The position numbers and the translations under genes were made by a program. Positions 17,492 through 27,830 of a DNA stretch of 64,000 nucleotides are shown here, piece by piece. The stretch's first letter is position 1. Every line of letters starts with the position of its first letter. The stretch is from an uncultured bacterium (GTDB taxonomy: Bacteria; Zixibacteria; MSB-5A5; GN15; FEB-12): NCBI GenBank assembly GCA_965372795.1, contig CBDVDR010000012.1, positions 42,446 through 106,445 of the forward strand, in the 5' to 3' direction. A model generated the notes under the pieces. The model was not told where the DNA came from. It worked only from the letters and a program-made list of their open reading frames with translations, and searched no databases.

Positions 17492-18748
17492 CTACCCGGC
17501 GAACAAATCGCCCCAGCCGATAAGATATAGAATTATGCCGGCAGTCATTAACAAAAGTACAAGAGGAATTAGTCGTTTGTAAACTTTCATTAAGTCACTT
17601 CCAAAGTATTCGTTAGTCAGTATCAAACAGAGATGGCTTGGAGAAAGCATCACCCCAACAAAACCTGACAAGTAAGCAATCATCATTAGACCGGGATTTA
17701 AACCGTTTTGATATAAAAATCCGGCTAAAATTGTATAGCCCAAGCCGACATAAGCCGAGACCATGCCGGTCAAAATACCAATGGTAAACGGGACCAGAAA
17801 AACAACAAACTCTTTGGGGAAATTGTAGGTGGTGGCTAATTCCGGAATAAAATCAACAGCATGAGCTAATTCAATGACCATTTGGAATGAAAGGACCCCA
17901 CAAACAAGAAAAATAAGATTAGGTGCAAAGGCGCGTTTTAAAGATTTTTTGATAATTTCTGTACTTGGGCGAGTTATAACCATTAGTAAAATTGATGAGA
18001 TTAAAACCGACAAGGAGAGGTCGACCTTCAGGACTCCATAGAGAAAGATTGATAATAAAATCGACCAGAGGGGTGTTAGTACCCGATACAAAGAGACAAA
18101 CAATGATCCGTTTTTTTGCGAGTTGTTTTGAATTTTGCGAATATAAATAAAATAACCAATGGTTGCCATCCCAATTGATAATGGAAATTGCATCATTGAA
18201 ACCTGCAACATCGGTAGCCCGGTAATAGCTTCAGATAGAATCACTCCGGCATACAGGGGCCAGAAAAATTCAGCCAGATGTCGGAACCAGTAATTCACAA
18301 CGAGTTTGAATTCAGGCGAATGGTTTTTATTTTTAAGAACATTATCAACTAAAGGAGCCGACATTAATGATCCGCCCGGCATAGGCATCATCCCAATCAA
18401 AGGAGGTAAGGCTGCCACGGCAGTTTTACTTCCGCCCGGTAGACCCTGAACCGCGACTGACAACCGCTCAAGAAAGCCGAGTTCTTTTAGTAACGAGCCA
18501 AGATAGGTAATGAAAATCACAACCAGCGTCAGCATTATAAACGTTTGTGATTTAACGAGATCCAAATAGCCTTGAGTTAAATCTGTAAAGGGGACATCAA
18601 AAAGAAGAGCCATCAGCAGCCCGGCAAAAAACAGAGAAATTCCGACCGAGACATTTTTTTTCAGCGCAATAACTATGACAGCAAATATTAAGAGCAGTTT
18701 TAACGTTTCCATAGGTGTGTAATAACGATGAAAGTTTATAAAAGTCAA
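17492..18748 (-). CDS. Polytopic integral membrane permease, about 12 TM (DUF401-like). The start is possibly at the internal Met (METLK).
   Basis: 418 aa, highly hydrophobic, with a Gly/Pro-rich re-entrant-like segment GLPGGSKTAVAALPPLIGMMPMPGGSLMSAPLV. Confidence 0.45.
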   Translation of the reverse strand: MTFINFHRYYTPMETLKLLLIFAVIVIALKKNVSVGISLFFAGLLMALLFDVPFTDLTQGYLDLVKSQTFIMLTLVVIFITYLGSLLKELGFLERLSVAVQGLPGGSKTAVAALPPLIGMMPMPGGSLMSAPLVDNVLKNKNHSPEFKLVVNYWFRHLAEFFWPLYAGVILSEAITGLPMLQVSMMQFPLSIGMATIGYFIYIRKIQNNSQKNGSLFVSLYRVLTPLWSILLSIFLYGVLKVDLSLSVLISSILLMVITRPSTEIIKKSLKRAFAPNLIFLVCGVLSFQMVIELAHAVDFIPELATTYNFPKEFVVFLVPFTIGILTGMVSAYVGLGYTILAGFLYQNGLNPGLMMIAYLSGFVGVMLSPSHLCLILTNEYFGSDLMKVYKRLIPLVLLLMTAGIILYLIGWGDLFAG

Positions 18749-18802
18749 ACTGTCTAAAAGGAATTACTTGACTTAGAGCCTAACAAATATAGCTTTTCTA
18801 AA

Positions 18803-20143
18803 GTGATGAGTAAAATTGCTGAAATAAATAAAAAGATTAACCAAATTAACCTGCTGGCATCTTTTAAAAAGATAGCCAAAGATTATGGTTCTGTCTGGTT
18901 GGATTCTTCTTTGAGTTTTGAGGATCGGGGTCGGTTTTCTATAATTGCCCGTGACCCTATCGGGTCGGTATCCCTTTGCAATAATGAAATTGTTTTGAAG
19001 CAATTTAATCAGCAACTTGTAATCAAAGCACCCGGTCAGATTTTTGAATATTTGGAACAATACTGGAAGGACCCCCAGTATATTTCAATCGGGTACTTCT
19101 CCTATGAATCATCGCTTAACTTTTTAAAACTTGGACATCTGGCAGCAACAGAGAATTTAGTTCCTGAAATTAATTTTTTGATTTATGACTCGGCTTTAAT
19201 ATATGACCATTTACTGGACGAAATAAACGCGACTAATCCTGATCTGGATGATTATTCGGATATGCTAACAACTGATATATCTGTTATACATAAGCCAAAA
19301 AGTGATACAGCAACAGTATTAGCATCACTAACAAAAGCTGAGTACCTTGAGAAAATTAAAAAAATCAAGGGTCATATTAAAGAAGGCGACATTTATCAGG
19401 CAAATTTCACAACCCGTTTTGAAGTAGAATCAGCGACCGATCCATTTGAAGTTTATAAAAAACTTCGTGAGTTAAATCCGGCGCCATATTCAGCTTATAT
19501 GAATTTGGGTGACTATAATATTTTGTCGTCATCGCCGGAACGGATGTTTAAAAAGGATGGTGATTCAATTACAACTGGTCCAATCAAGGGGACGGTTGAA
19601 CTTGGAAACAGTGAAAAAGAGATAATGGGAAACAAGCAACGCCTGCTTGATTCTGATAAAGATAAAGCCGAGCTTTTGATGATTGTTGATCTGGAACGTA
19701 ACGATTTAGGGAAAATTGCAAAGACCGGATCGGTTGAAGTTGAGACTTTGTTTAAGCCTGAGATTTATTCTTCTTTAATCCATTTAGTCAGCGATATTAA
19801 GGCAAAACTCCCTGATGATATTGAATATACTGATATAATTCAAGCGATGCTTCCCGGAGGATCCATAACAGGGGCTCCCAAAAAAAGAGCGGTTGAAATC
19901 ATTCAATCACTTGAGACGGTTCCCCGTTCAATTTACACCGGATCTATCGGATATATCTGGGATAATAAAGCTGATTTTAATATAGCGATTAGAACGATCT
20001 TGCATAAAGACAAAAAATATTATATACATGCCGGCGGCGGAATTGTTGCTGACAGTCAGGCTGAGGCAGAGTATAATGAGATGCTGCTGAAGGCAAAAAA
20101 TCTTTTTAAAGCGGTAGGTGTAGTTAATAAATGCAACTGGTAA
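18803..20143 (+). CDS. pabB: Aminodeoxychorismate synthase component I (chorismate-binding enzyme, PabB-like)
   Basis: 446 aa. Chorismate-binding C-terminal domain (…LPGGSITGAPKKRAVEII…SIYTGSIGYI…). The next gene is a class IV aminotransferase-fold protein consistent with PabC. Confidence 0.75.
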   Translation: MMSKIAEINKKINQINLLASFKKIAKDYGSVWLDSSLSFEDRGRFSIIARDPIGSVSLCNNEIVLKQFNQQLVIKAPGQIFEYLEQYWKDPQYISIGYFSYESSLNFLKLGHLAATENLVPEINFLIYDSALIYDHLLDEINATNPDLDDYSDMLTTDISVIHKPKSDTATVLASLTKAEYLEKIKKIKGHIKEGDIYQANFTTRFEVESATDPFEVYKKLRELNPAPYSAYMNLGDYNILSSSPERMFKKDGDSITTGPIKGTVELGNSEKEIMGNKQRLLDSDKDKAELLMIVDLERNDLGKIAKTGSVEVETLFKPEIYSSLIHLVSDIKAKLPDDIEYTDIIQAMLPGGSITGAPKKRAVEIIQSLETVPRSIYTGSIGYIWDNKADFNIAIRTILHKDKKYYIHAGGGIVADSQAEAEYNEMLLKAKNLFKAVGVVNKCNW

Positions 20144-20970
20144 CTTCGATAAACGGTAAAATTGTTAAACGCGGACAGGATAAAATTTCTGTTTTTGATA
20201 ATTCGTTGTTATATGCTGATGGTTTATTTGAAACCTGTCTGGCGATTGACAATGAGATAATTTTCCTCAAAGAACATATTGATCGTTTATTTAGAGGTGC
20301 AAAAGTAACCGGATCAAAAATCCCGATTGATAAAGAAACCTTGAAAAGCTGGATTCAATCTATATCAAAAAAACATCCTTCTAAGATCCAAAAGATACGC
20401 TTAACAGTAACTGCCGGAGAAGCTGCTCGATGGCTTGGGGAACAGGGGCAACCACAAGTTATCATTTCGGCGGCACCTCATGTGATGCCGACCAAGCCTT
20501 TTAAGCTTCATTTGTCTGATTTCAGAGTGGATCAGGATTCAGTTTTCAGACGGATTAAAACCCTTTCTTATGCAATTCATGCGGCAGCCTTACGTCAGGC
20601 GTTTTTGAAAAAATGTGATGATTCATTGCTTTTAAATGAGATTGATAATATTGCTGAAGTGACTTCTGCGAATATATTCTGGGTTAAGAAAAATAAAATC
20701 TACACTCCCCCGCTTACCTCAGGTTGTCTTGAAGGGATAACTCGCAAAATTGTCATGCATGAAGCTCGTAAGTTAGGACATGAAATTATTGAACGAGATA
20801 CTAATTTAGTTAAACTTTCAAACGCAGATGAGATTTTTATTTCCAGTTCATTAAAGCTGATAGTCGGCGTCTCTTTGATTAAAGCTAATCGCATAAATTT
20901 AAAATTCTCTGATGGTCCGTTTACAAAATTGTTTCAAAAACATTTTTATTCTTTAATCAATCTATCATAA
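20131..20970 (+). CDS. pabC: Aminotransferase class IV-fold protein, probable 4-amino-4-deoxychorismate lyase PabC
   Basis: 279 aa. N-terminal …SVFDNSLLYADGLFETC… and the conserved …EVTSANIFWVKKNKIYTPP… fold-IV PLP motifs. Overlaps pabB by 13 nt. Confidence 0.65.
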   Translation: MQLVTSINGKIVKRGQDKISVFDNSLLYADGLFETCLAIDNEIIFLKEHIDRLFRGAKVTGSKIPIDKETLKSWIQSISKKHPSKIQKIRLTVTAGEAARWLGEQGQPQVIISAAPHVMPTKPFKLHLSDFRVDQDSVFRRIKTLSYAIHAAALRQAFLKKCDDSLLLNEIDNIAEVTSANIFWVKKNKIYTPPLTSGCLEGITRKIVMHEARKLGHEIIERDTNLVKLSNADEIFISSSLKLIVGVSLIKANRINLKFSDGPFTKLFQKHFYSLINLS

Positions 20971-21061
20971 TCAAACATAACTACTTTCTGAGATCATGTT
21001 TTAATTGACTTGAAAAATTCAATTCATGACATTTGTGATAACATTATAAAGAGGATTAAAA

Positions 21062-21850
21062 ATGAAAAAGATAATATTATCATTGATGATGATTGCTATA
21101 TTTGCAAGGGTTGGCTTTGGTCAGGATTATATGCTTGATGAGTCAAGCACAACCTTTGAACTCCCTCCCCGTCAATTAGTTGACATGCCTACTGCCGGAA
21201 CGCTGCCAAGAGCACATTATCAAATCGGTTTCAGATTTTATCCTTCGGGTGGTGCCATTGGGTTCACAGATATTGCATTGTCGGACCGGTTTATGCTCGG
21301 TATCTCTTATGGTGCTGATAATGTTATCAGTAATAAAAGTCCTCACTGGAATCCACGAATAGAGTTTAATATTAAATTTCGTTTGATTGATGAAGTGGAT
21401 TATTTCCCAGCCTTAGCAGTCGGTTTTACTTCTCAAGGATTTGGGGAATGGAATATTGATAATGATCGTTATGCTTTTAAATCACGCGGCTTTTATGGTG
21501 TAATAAGCCGAAGCTTCTATTTATATAACATGGTGGCTGGCTGGCATGGCGGAATAAATTACTCGCTTGAGAACGATATTGATGAAGATAAGGCGGTAAA
21601 TTTGTTTGTCGGTTTTGATATGACTTTCAAATACAATCTTGCTCTGCTATTTGAATACGATGCGGCTTTAAACGATGACAAATCGCTTGAGTACTCCGGT
21701 AAAGGTCGCGGTTATTTGAATATGTCGGTAAAATGGATATTCACTGAAAAACTTGAACTTGAAGCCCTGTTGAAAGATTTTCTTCTCAACCGAAGAGAAT
21801 CAACAACATTCACCCGAGAGATTAGATTGGCTTATATAAATAAGTTTTAG
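21062..21850 (+). CDS. Predicted outer-membrane beta-barrel protein (hypothetical)
   Basis: 262 aa. Signal peptide, alternating hydrophobic beta-strand pattern, C-terminal Phe. Confidence 0.45.
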   Translation: MKKIILSLMMIAIFARVGFGQDYMLDESSTTFELPPRQLVDMPTAGTLPRAHYQIGFRFYPSGGAIGFTDIALSDRFMLGISYGADNVISNKSPHWNPRIEFNIKFRLIDEVDYFPALAVGFTSQGFGEWNIDNDRYAFKSRGFYGVISRSFYLYNMVAGWHGGINYSLENDIDEDKAVNLFVGFDMTFKYNLALLFEYDAALNDDKSLEYSGKGRGYLNMSVKWIFTEKLELEALLKDFLLNRRESTTFTREIRLAYINKF

Positions 21851-21866
21851 GGAAATAGACTAAGTC

Positions 21867-22601
21867 TTATAGCCCGAATTTTTTCCAACGGCTAAGTATC
21901 ATTTCGGTAAAATCGCCAACTTCATTGATGACTTTTCCACGATATTCTTTGGCCTGTTTTTCATCAAAATTCGGATAACCTTCACCTTCATTATATAGAA
22001 GAATTGAGCCCGGAACCGGGTAGATATCTCCACCGGGGCGATAATAATAAGCCAGATCGGGGTCATAAGAACTTTTATCAACAAATTCCGGATCAATCGC
22101 CTGAACCATGGCTGTTTCATCGGTGCCGGCATGCCCGCCCGAGTGTCCAAAAAACTCTTTGGTCATCTTACCGCAGAGTTCCCACCAGTGAATAACCGCT
22201 ACGTTGGTTAATCTTTCGCGATGAAAATCTGAGGCAACTTCTTTTAAAGAAGAGTTGTTGCCGCCATGTCCGTTCATGATAATAATATTATTAAAACCAC
22301 TATCATTTAAAGAGTCCAGAATTTCCCGAACAATTAACTTATAACTATTAGGATTGAGAGTAATGCCGCCGTTGTAACGATAAAGTGATTTTGTTATCCC
22401 ATAGTTTAATATTGGAGCAACCAGAGCATTTAAACGGTCAGCCAAATTTAGCGAGATATCTTCTGGAATATAATTATCGGTTCCGATACAGGCAGAGCCA
22501 TGACCTTCAATAGTTCCAACCGGAAGAATGACAGTATCAATTTTTTCGGGGACAAGTTCTTGAACTTTTAACCAACTTAGTTTTTGCAATTCACGCTGCA
22601 T
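21867..22601 (-). CDS. Creatininase-family amidohydrolase
   Basis: 244 aa. …ILPVGTIEGHG… and …IIMNGHGGN… metal-binding motifs of the creatinine amidohydrolase family. Confidence 0.8.
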   Translation of the reverse strand: MQRELQKLSWLKVQELVPEKIDTVILPVGTIEGHGSACIGTDNYIPEDISLNLADRLNALVAPILNYGITKSLYRYNGGITLNPNSYKLIVREILDSLNDSGFNNIIIMNGHGGNNSSLKEVASDFHRERLTNVAVIHWWELCGKMTKEFFGHSGGHAGTDETAMVQAIDPEFVDKSSYDPDLAYYYRPGGDIYPVPGSILLYNEGEGYPNFDEKQAKEYRGKVINEVGDFTEMILSRWKKFGL

Positions 22602-23387
22602 CTATGATTCCAGTCTTGAGAGAATTCTTTCCAGTACCAATTCAGTTTCATGCGAGGTCGCTTCATCACCTTCAAAACGGAACTGGTTGATATCACGAGC
22701 CATCATCTCAAGGTCGTCCGATGTTTCAACGGCGTACCAGATTTCAAGTTCCGCCCAAGCGAGCTCTTTAGAAGTAAAAGCCTGGGAAACTTCCAGATAA
22801 ATCATCGGAGATTTCCAGTCGAAATCAGAAAGTTTGATATGATCATCACCCGACATTCCGATTAAATAATATCTTCCCTCAGGAGTCGGTCCGAAGATAG
22901 CATCAGACTCGTTTAAAGCTTTTAAAGCGGTAGAGATTTTTTTTGAAGAAACGGTAGGAGTTCTACTTCCGATTAAAAGTACGTTCTGATAATTATTATC
23001 AAAGCAGTCTCTGTAAATTTTTTCAATTCTAATGCCCCAGCGTTCTTTTTCTAACGGTACGGCTTCGAAATTATTTTTCAATCGTTCAGCTTTTACTCCG
23101 GTCAATTTCTTTGTCAAATACTCAGTTACAATTTTAACCAGCTTATTCCGTTCAGCAGAGTCGATGTAGTATAAACGAAAATCTGTGTCATCAACTCCTA
23201 AGGCATGACTTATCGTATCAGTTATAAAAGCCTGGTGTAAAAAGCGTACATCATCACCTTTGATAACACCAAAGTCCATAGTTGAACCGTCTTCGTAAGG
23301 TTCTTGTATACAAATTGCAATGACATCTTTTTTATTCTTAGGCGACATATATCCCCACAGGTATAATAGTTTTGAAACAATATACAC
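22602..23387 (-). CDS. DUF2064-like (GT-A-like) transferase family protein
   Basis: 261 aa. …VLLIGSRTPTVS…DAIFGPTPEGRYYLIGMS… resembles the TIGR04282/DUF2064 signature. The start may be at an internal Met. Confidence 0.45.
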   Translation of the reverse strand: MYIVSKLLYLWGYMSPKNKKDVIAICIQEPYEDGSTMDFGVIKGDDVRFLHQAFITDTISHALGVDDTDFRLYYIDSAERNKLVKIVTEYLTKKLTGVKAERLKNNFEAVPLEKERWGIRIEKIYRDCFDNNYQNVLLIGSRTPTVSSKKISTALKALNESDAIFGPTPEGRYYLIGMSGDDHIKLSDFDWKSPMIYLEVSQAFTSKELAWAELEIWYAVETSDDLEMMARDINQFRFEGDEATSHETELVLERILSRLES

Positions 23388-23462
23388 GGGTCAAATTTGG
23401 TAGTCAAGTATGGGAACTGAAAATATTTAATAAATTTCAAGAAAATTAATTCAAAAATAATT

Positions 23463-25361
23463 CTATGTTACTTTGTTCAATTCCTGAATAAAATCATCCG
23501 GCCCAATCACACCCTGAATCGTTTTTCTAACATTACCCTGAGAATCTAATATCAATATCGTAGGCAGTGAATAATGTTTCATATTAAATTTTTTCATAAA
23601 TATTTTTGTTTGAGGAGAATCCGCGGTTTCGAGTTGAGCTTTGATAGCCACGAATCTTTTTGATTCCTGAATAACAGCCAGGTTGCTAAAGGTTTTCTTA
23701 TCCAACACTTTACAATTTGCACACCAGGTTGCCCAGGTATCTATAATGACCGGCTTGTTTGTTTTTTTTGCCAGAGCTAAACCGGAATTAAGATCCTTTT
23801 CCCATTGAATTTTTTCTTTTTCTACCGCAGTTGTAGTTCCGGCAGGAAGGATTTCAGAAACAGGCGGAAGGATTAATCCTTCGGTTAAGATAACTCCCGC
23901 AATCAGATAAATACCAATCAATAAGGCTAATAGACCTATGAATTTTTTGAGTCTTAAAAAGAAACCTGCCTCCGGTGTTAAGCGATCAAGCCCACCTCCA
24001 AAGACACCAAACGCCAAGAGTAATAATCCGGTCAGTATGGCAACCAAAGTTACTGATATAATTGTGCTTAGGAAATAAATAGCCATCAAGAGAAGAATAA
24101 ATCCGAAGAATTTTTTAACCGTTTCCATCCAACCTCCGGAACCAGGCAATTGGTTCAAGGTCGAAGAGAATGTACCAATAATGATATATAAAGTACCTAG
24201 TCCCATCGCAAAGACAAAGAGTACAATAAATCCTATAAAAGGTGATCCACTGGTTGCAACATAAAGCAGAATACCGGCAACAAAAGGACCGACACATGGT
24301 GAAACAACTAAGGCTGCTATGACACCGAGGATAATTGATCCAAGAATACCTCCATCACCTTTGGCTGCTGTGCCAAGTTTCTGCCTAAGTGACATGGGTA
24401 CATTTAACTCATACACTCCGAACATCGAAAGCGAGAAGATAACAAAAACTATGGCAATACCAATTACAACGGGCGGGCTTGCCAGCCAGGCTCCGAAGAC
24501 ACCACCTACCAATGCGACAACTAATCCCATTAGACCATAAACTGTTGCCATTGAACCAACATAGAATAGCGACAGGAAAAAACCTCGGCCAACCGAACGA
24601 TTTTGACCTGCAAAGATACTAACTGTTATGGGAATCATTGGGTAGGTGCAGGGTGAAAAAGATAATACTAATCCGGTTACAAAGGCCAGTCCCAAGGCAA
24701 TAAAATAGCCCCATATTCCATGTTTATCAATCAGTTGCTGAATTTCGTTATCGGCTACTGTAGTTGAGGCTACCTGAACCGGTTGATTCTCTTCTGTATT
24801 TAAAGAAGCAAATATTTCGGTGTGGGTCGGTACACCTTCCGGGCCGACAATTATTGCCAAAGAAGCTGTCAGAGATTCAGGGGCACGGCATTCTCTGTCA
24901 TTACAAGGCTGGAAAGTCAATGTTACCGGAAGTTTATATTCGCCCGGGGTCAGATTATTATCGATTGTAACATTAAAACTGAAAACTGCTTCACCGCTAT
25001 ATAATGAAAACTTGTCTTCTCCGACAAAACCATCCTCACCTTTTGGGTATTTCACTGAATTGACTTTAATTCCTGAAATAGTAGCAAAATCTAATTTAGC
25101 GGCAATTAACCAATCTTCATAAGGAGCAGCAGAATTTATATGCCAGCCTTTAGAAATGTCAGCAATCAGGACAGCCTTATAATTCCCACCCGGAGCAGCT
25201 TGAGATATTGAGAATAAAGATTTAACCTGAACCAGTTCTTCCTCATTTAAAAATGAAGAGCCACCAAATTCAAGATCTTGAGATAAGAGGGGTATTGAAA
25301 TTAAAGAGAATATTAAACTGAATGTAATAGCAATACTGAATATTTTGAAACTTCTGGTCAT
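23463..25361 (-). CDS. dsbD: Thiol:disulfide interchange protein DsbD
   Basis: 632 aa. N-terminal periplasmic domain, a central TM domain with the Cys pair (…LSFSPCTYPMIP…) and a C-terminal thioredoxin domain (WATWCANCK). Confidence 0.9.
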   Translation of the reverse strand: MTRSFKIFSIAITFSLIFSLISIPLLSQDLEFGGSSFLNEEELVQVKSLFSISQAAPGGNYKAVLIADISKGWHINSAAPYEDWLIAAKLDFATISGIKVNSVKYPKGEDGFVGEDKFSLYSGEAVFSFNVTIDNNLTPGEYKLPVTLTFQPCNDRECRAPESLTASLAIIVGPEGVPTHTEIFASLNTEENQPVQVASTTVADNEIQQLIDKHGIWGYFIALGLAFVTGLVLSFSPCTYPMIPITVSIFAGQNRSVGRGFFLSLFYVGSMATVYGLMGLVVALVGGVFGAWLASPPVVIGIAIVFVIFSLSMFGVYELNVPMSLRQKLGTAAKGDGGILGSIILGVIAALVVSPCVGPFVAGILLYVATSGSPFIGFIVLFVFAMGLGTLYIIIGTFSSTLNQLPGSGGWMETVKKFFGFILLLMAIYFLSTIISVTLVAILTGLLLLAFGVFGGGLDRLTPEAGFFLRLKKFIGLLALLIGIYLIAGVILTEGLILPPVSEILPAGTTTAVEKEKIQWEKDLNSGLALAKKTNKPVIIDTWATWCANCKVLDKKTFSNLAVIQESKRFVAIKAQLETADSPQTKIFMKKFNMKHYSLPTILILDSQGNVRKTIQGVIGPDDFIQELNKVT

Positions 25362-25420
25362 AGCTTTTCCTTATAAGGATTTATTATCTCTTAAACAAAG
25401 GATAAGTAAATTTGTTACAA

Positions 25421-26638
25421 TTAAAAATTATTTTTTTGAGATTGAGCGATAATTTCCCGTTTTAATAAAACGAGTAATTTTTCGGTATCAATTTTTGCAG
25501 TAATTTTTTCCGCAATTTTTTCAGCTAAGTCTTTGGTGAATTGGCGTGTAAAAATGCCCAGCTGGTCAGCAGTCATTTGTTCTAATTTTTCTTCCCAAGC
25601 CATTGACTTGTCTTCAACTGAAGGAGTTGTGTCAGTTTCTTTTAATAATATACTTTCCGGGGACTCAGTATGTATTTTTTCAACTTCCTTTTTAAACTCT
25701 TCAATAAAATGTTCGACACCCTCGTGTTTTTGATCTATCTGGGGTTGTTTGATCGGCGAGTCAGGTGCCGGGGTAACCGGGTCAATAATTTCTGAGTTGG
25801 CAGCAATATTCAGTTTTACTGATTTATTGCTAATATTTGAATTATCAGGCGCAGGATCATTATTATCACTCTGCATAGAATTTATAAACCATTGATAATC
25901 ATGATCAGCATCGGCGTCAGCATCATCTAAAGAATTGGATTCTACTAATCCGTATTGATCAGAAAGAATATCGAGTTTTCCGGTTATATTTTTTGGATCG
26001 ATATTCGATTGTTTTGTTCGCTGGACAATATCGGTACTATCTGCAGTGATAACTACTGATTCAACTTTACCGCTATCTGAGGAATCGGTGTCTTCTTTTA
26101 AAATATGTGACATTCCAACCATTTTGTCGGCTGATTGTCTTTTCTCTAAATTAGGAAGAACGGTTTTATCCATAACTTCTGAATCGGTTACTTCAATTTG
26201 ATCCAAACCTAAGGCAGCATCAAGGAATTCATCCTCCAGATCTGCCTCGGATAAAGGATTATTTTTAGCACTCTTCACTATTTCCTGTTGTGAAGTAATC
26301 TGAGTAACAGTTTCTATAAATCTTTTTGGATCCAATGGCAGCTCAATCTCGATTTCCTTTGGATAGTTAAAGGATATTTCATTTTGAGAGCTGAAAAGTA
26401 ATTTTGGGATTGAACCGGTTTTAGCTTCCTTACAGAATCTTTCATAAAGGTACTGATTTCCGCCGGATTTTATTTCAGAGCCAACAATAATCAAATCAGG
26501 ATTAGTAAATTCAATGACTTCAAGGGCTTTTTCAGAGGTAGAAACCGAAATCACTTCATAACCATTTTGTCTTAAAACTGTTTCGGCAACACCACGGGTT
26601 GCATCGGATTCTTCAACTAATAAAACTCTTTTATGCAT
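25421..26638 (-). CDS. Receiver-like (CheY-fold) domain protein lacking the canonical phospho-acceptor Asp, followed by a long acidic low-complexity region
   Basis: 405 aa. The N-terminus KRVLLVEESDATR…PDLIIVGSEIK aligns to receiver domains, with LLVEE replacing LLVDD and Gly at the D57-equivalent position. The remainder is D/E/S-rich and probably disordered. Confidence 0.5.
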   Translation of the reverse strand: MHKRVLLVEESDATRGVAETVLRQNGYEVISVSTSEKALEVIEFTNPDLIIVGSEIKSGGNQYLYERFCKEAKTGSIPKLLFSSQNEISFNYPKEIEIELPLDPKRFIETVTQITSQQEIVKSAKNNPLSEADLEDEFLDAALGLDQIEVTDSEVMDKTVLPNLEKRQSADKMVGMSHILKEDTDSSDSGKVESVVITADSTDIVQRTKQSNIDPKNITGKLDILSDQYGLVESNSLDDADADADHDYQWFINSMQSDNNDPAPDNSNISNKSVKLNIAANSEIIDPVTPAPDSPIKQPQIDQKHEGVEHFIEEFKKEVEKIHTESPESILLKETDTTPSVEDKSMAWEEKLEQMTADQLGIFTRQFTKDLAEKIAEKITAKIDTEKLLVLLKREIIAQSQKNNF

Positions 26639-26640
26639 TG

Positions 26641-27459
26641 CTATTTATCTTTTTTTGAAAGTTCAGAAGATGCTTCTTCAAGTATTTTCCGTTCTGCTTT
26701 AGTCAATTTCTCAATACCATCTCTATTTATCTTATCGAGAATAGAATCAACTTTCTTCATCATATCTTCAGCATTTTGCCGGTTTTTTTCAAATTTTTTC
26801 TGTTGTTTCTTAAACTTCATACTTTTTAATTTTGAAGACAGAACTCCAAACCTTAGATCCGCTTTCAAATATAACAAAGCAAATAGAATTCCGCCTAAAT
26901 GAGCCATATGGGCAATATTTGCTCCTGAGAATAAAAATCCAAGCAGCATCATACCGGGGACTGCCCATTTTACTTTGACTGGAAAAACAAAGTAAATATA
27001 AAGCATCCGATTAGGAAACATCATCCAATATGCGGTTAGGACGCCATAAATAGCAGCTGAGGCTCCAATTGTAGGGACATTTTGGTTCGTATGGACGATT
27101 AATGTAAGAATTGCTCCGGCTAAACCGGCTATAAAATAAAATCGACTAAAAGACTTACTTCCCCAGGTATGCTCAATTTCAGTTCCAAACATCCATAGAG
27201 CAAACATATTAAAGAATATATGTCCAAATCCGCCATGGAGAAACATGTAGGTGAATGGTTGATATAAGAGGTTTGGGAAATCCGAAAAAAACAGAGCCGG
27301 CACTAAGCCAAGTTGTCTTGATAATCCGCTTATAAAAAACTGTATAACAAAAACCGCCACGTTTACAATAATCATTGCCTTAATAAATGGCGGTAAGTTT
27401 CCGGGTCCAAAACTTGGCCGGCGACTTCCAGAAAAGTTGTTAAAATTATTTTGTCTCAT
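26641..27459 (-). CDS. Rhomboid-family intramembrane serine protease with a C-terminal Lys-rich coiled-coil tail
   Basis: 272 aa. Catalytic GxSxxxxG (GASAAIYGVL) and downstream His (AHLGGILFALL) in TM helices. Confidence 0.85.
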   Translation of the reverse strand: MRQNNFNNFSGSRRPSFGPGNLPPFIKAMIIVNVAVFVIQFFISGLSRQLGLVPALFFSDFPNLLYQPFTYMFLHGGFGHIFFNMFALWMFGTEIEHTWGSKSFSRFYFIAGLAGAILTLIVHTNQNVPTIGASAAIYGVLTAYWMMFPNRMLYIYFVFPVKVKWAVPGMMLLGFLFSGANIAHMAHLGGILFALLYLKADLRFGVLSSKLKSMKFKKQQKKFEKNRQNAEDMMKKVDSILDKINRDGIEKLTKAERKILEEASSELSKKDK

Positions 27460-27780
27460 TTAGTTTTACTATCGGCTAAATAAGCTTTCAATTAAAATAA
27501 ATCTACTCTTTGTCACTATTATCGTCATTTTTTTTATCTTCAGACTGAAGATGGTTGGGCGGAAGCGCTCAGCCACCGACTCCAAATTTTGGTAGAACCT
27601 TTTTTACCAAAAAGATCCAGACGACTATAAAGACTACTAAAAATATGATATCAATAAAATCCATAAATCTTCCTTAAGTTAATCATTATTTTCTTATAAT
27701 TCTACAAAAATACACTCATCAATAAAATAATTATTGGGAAGCAAATGTTCCAAAAATATTGATAATTTCAATAAAAGCAC

Positions 27781-27809
27781 AAAAAAACCGGCTCAAATAA
27801 TTGAGCCGG
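27781..27809 (-). terminator. Rho-independent terminator of trxA
   Basis: ccggctcaaataattgagccgg hairpin followed on the minus strand by TTTTTTT, about 20 nt past the trxA stop. Confidence 0.75.
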
Positions 27810-27830
27810 CTAAATTCAATTACTTCTTAT

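Noticed and set aside
18773-19060. 95-aa minus-strand ORF overlapping the pabB start
   Set aside because: It overlaps the well-supported pabB N-terminus and the promoter region, and has no RBS or motif.
27460-27830. Possible small RNA (SRP RNA or tmRNA-like) in the rhomboid-trxA intergenic region
   Set aside because: There is no SRP domain-IV motif (GGAA…AGCAG), no tRNA-like acceptor or T-loop, and no tmRNA tag-reading-frame features. Only the trxA terminator hairpin is convincing.
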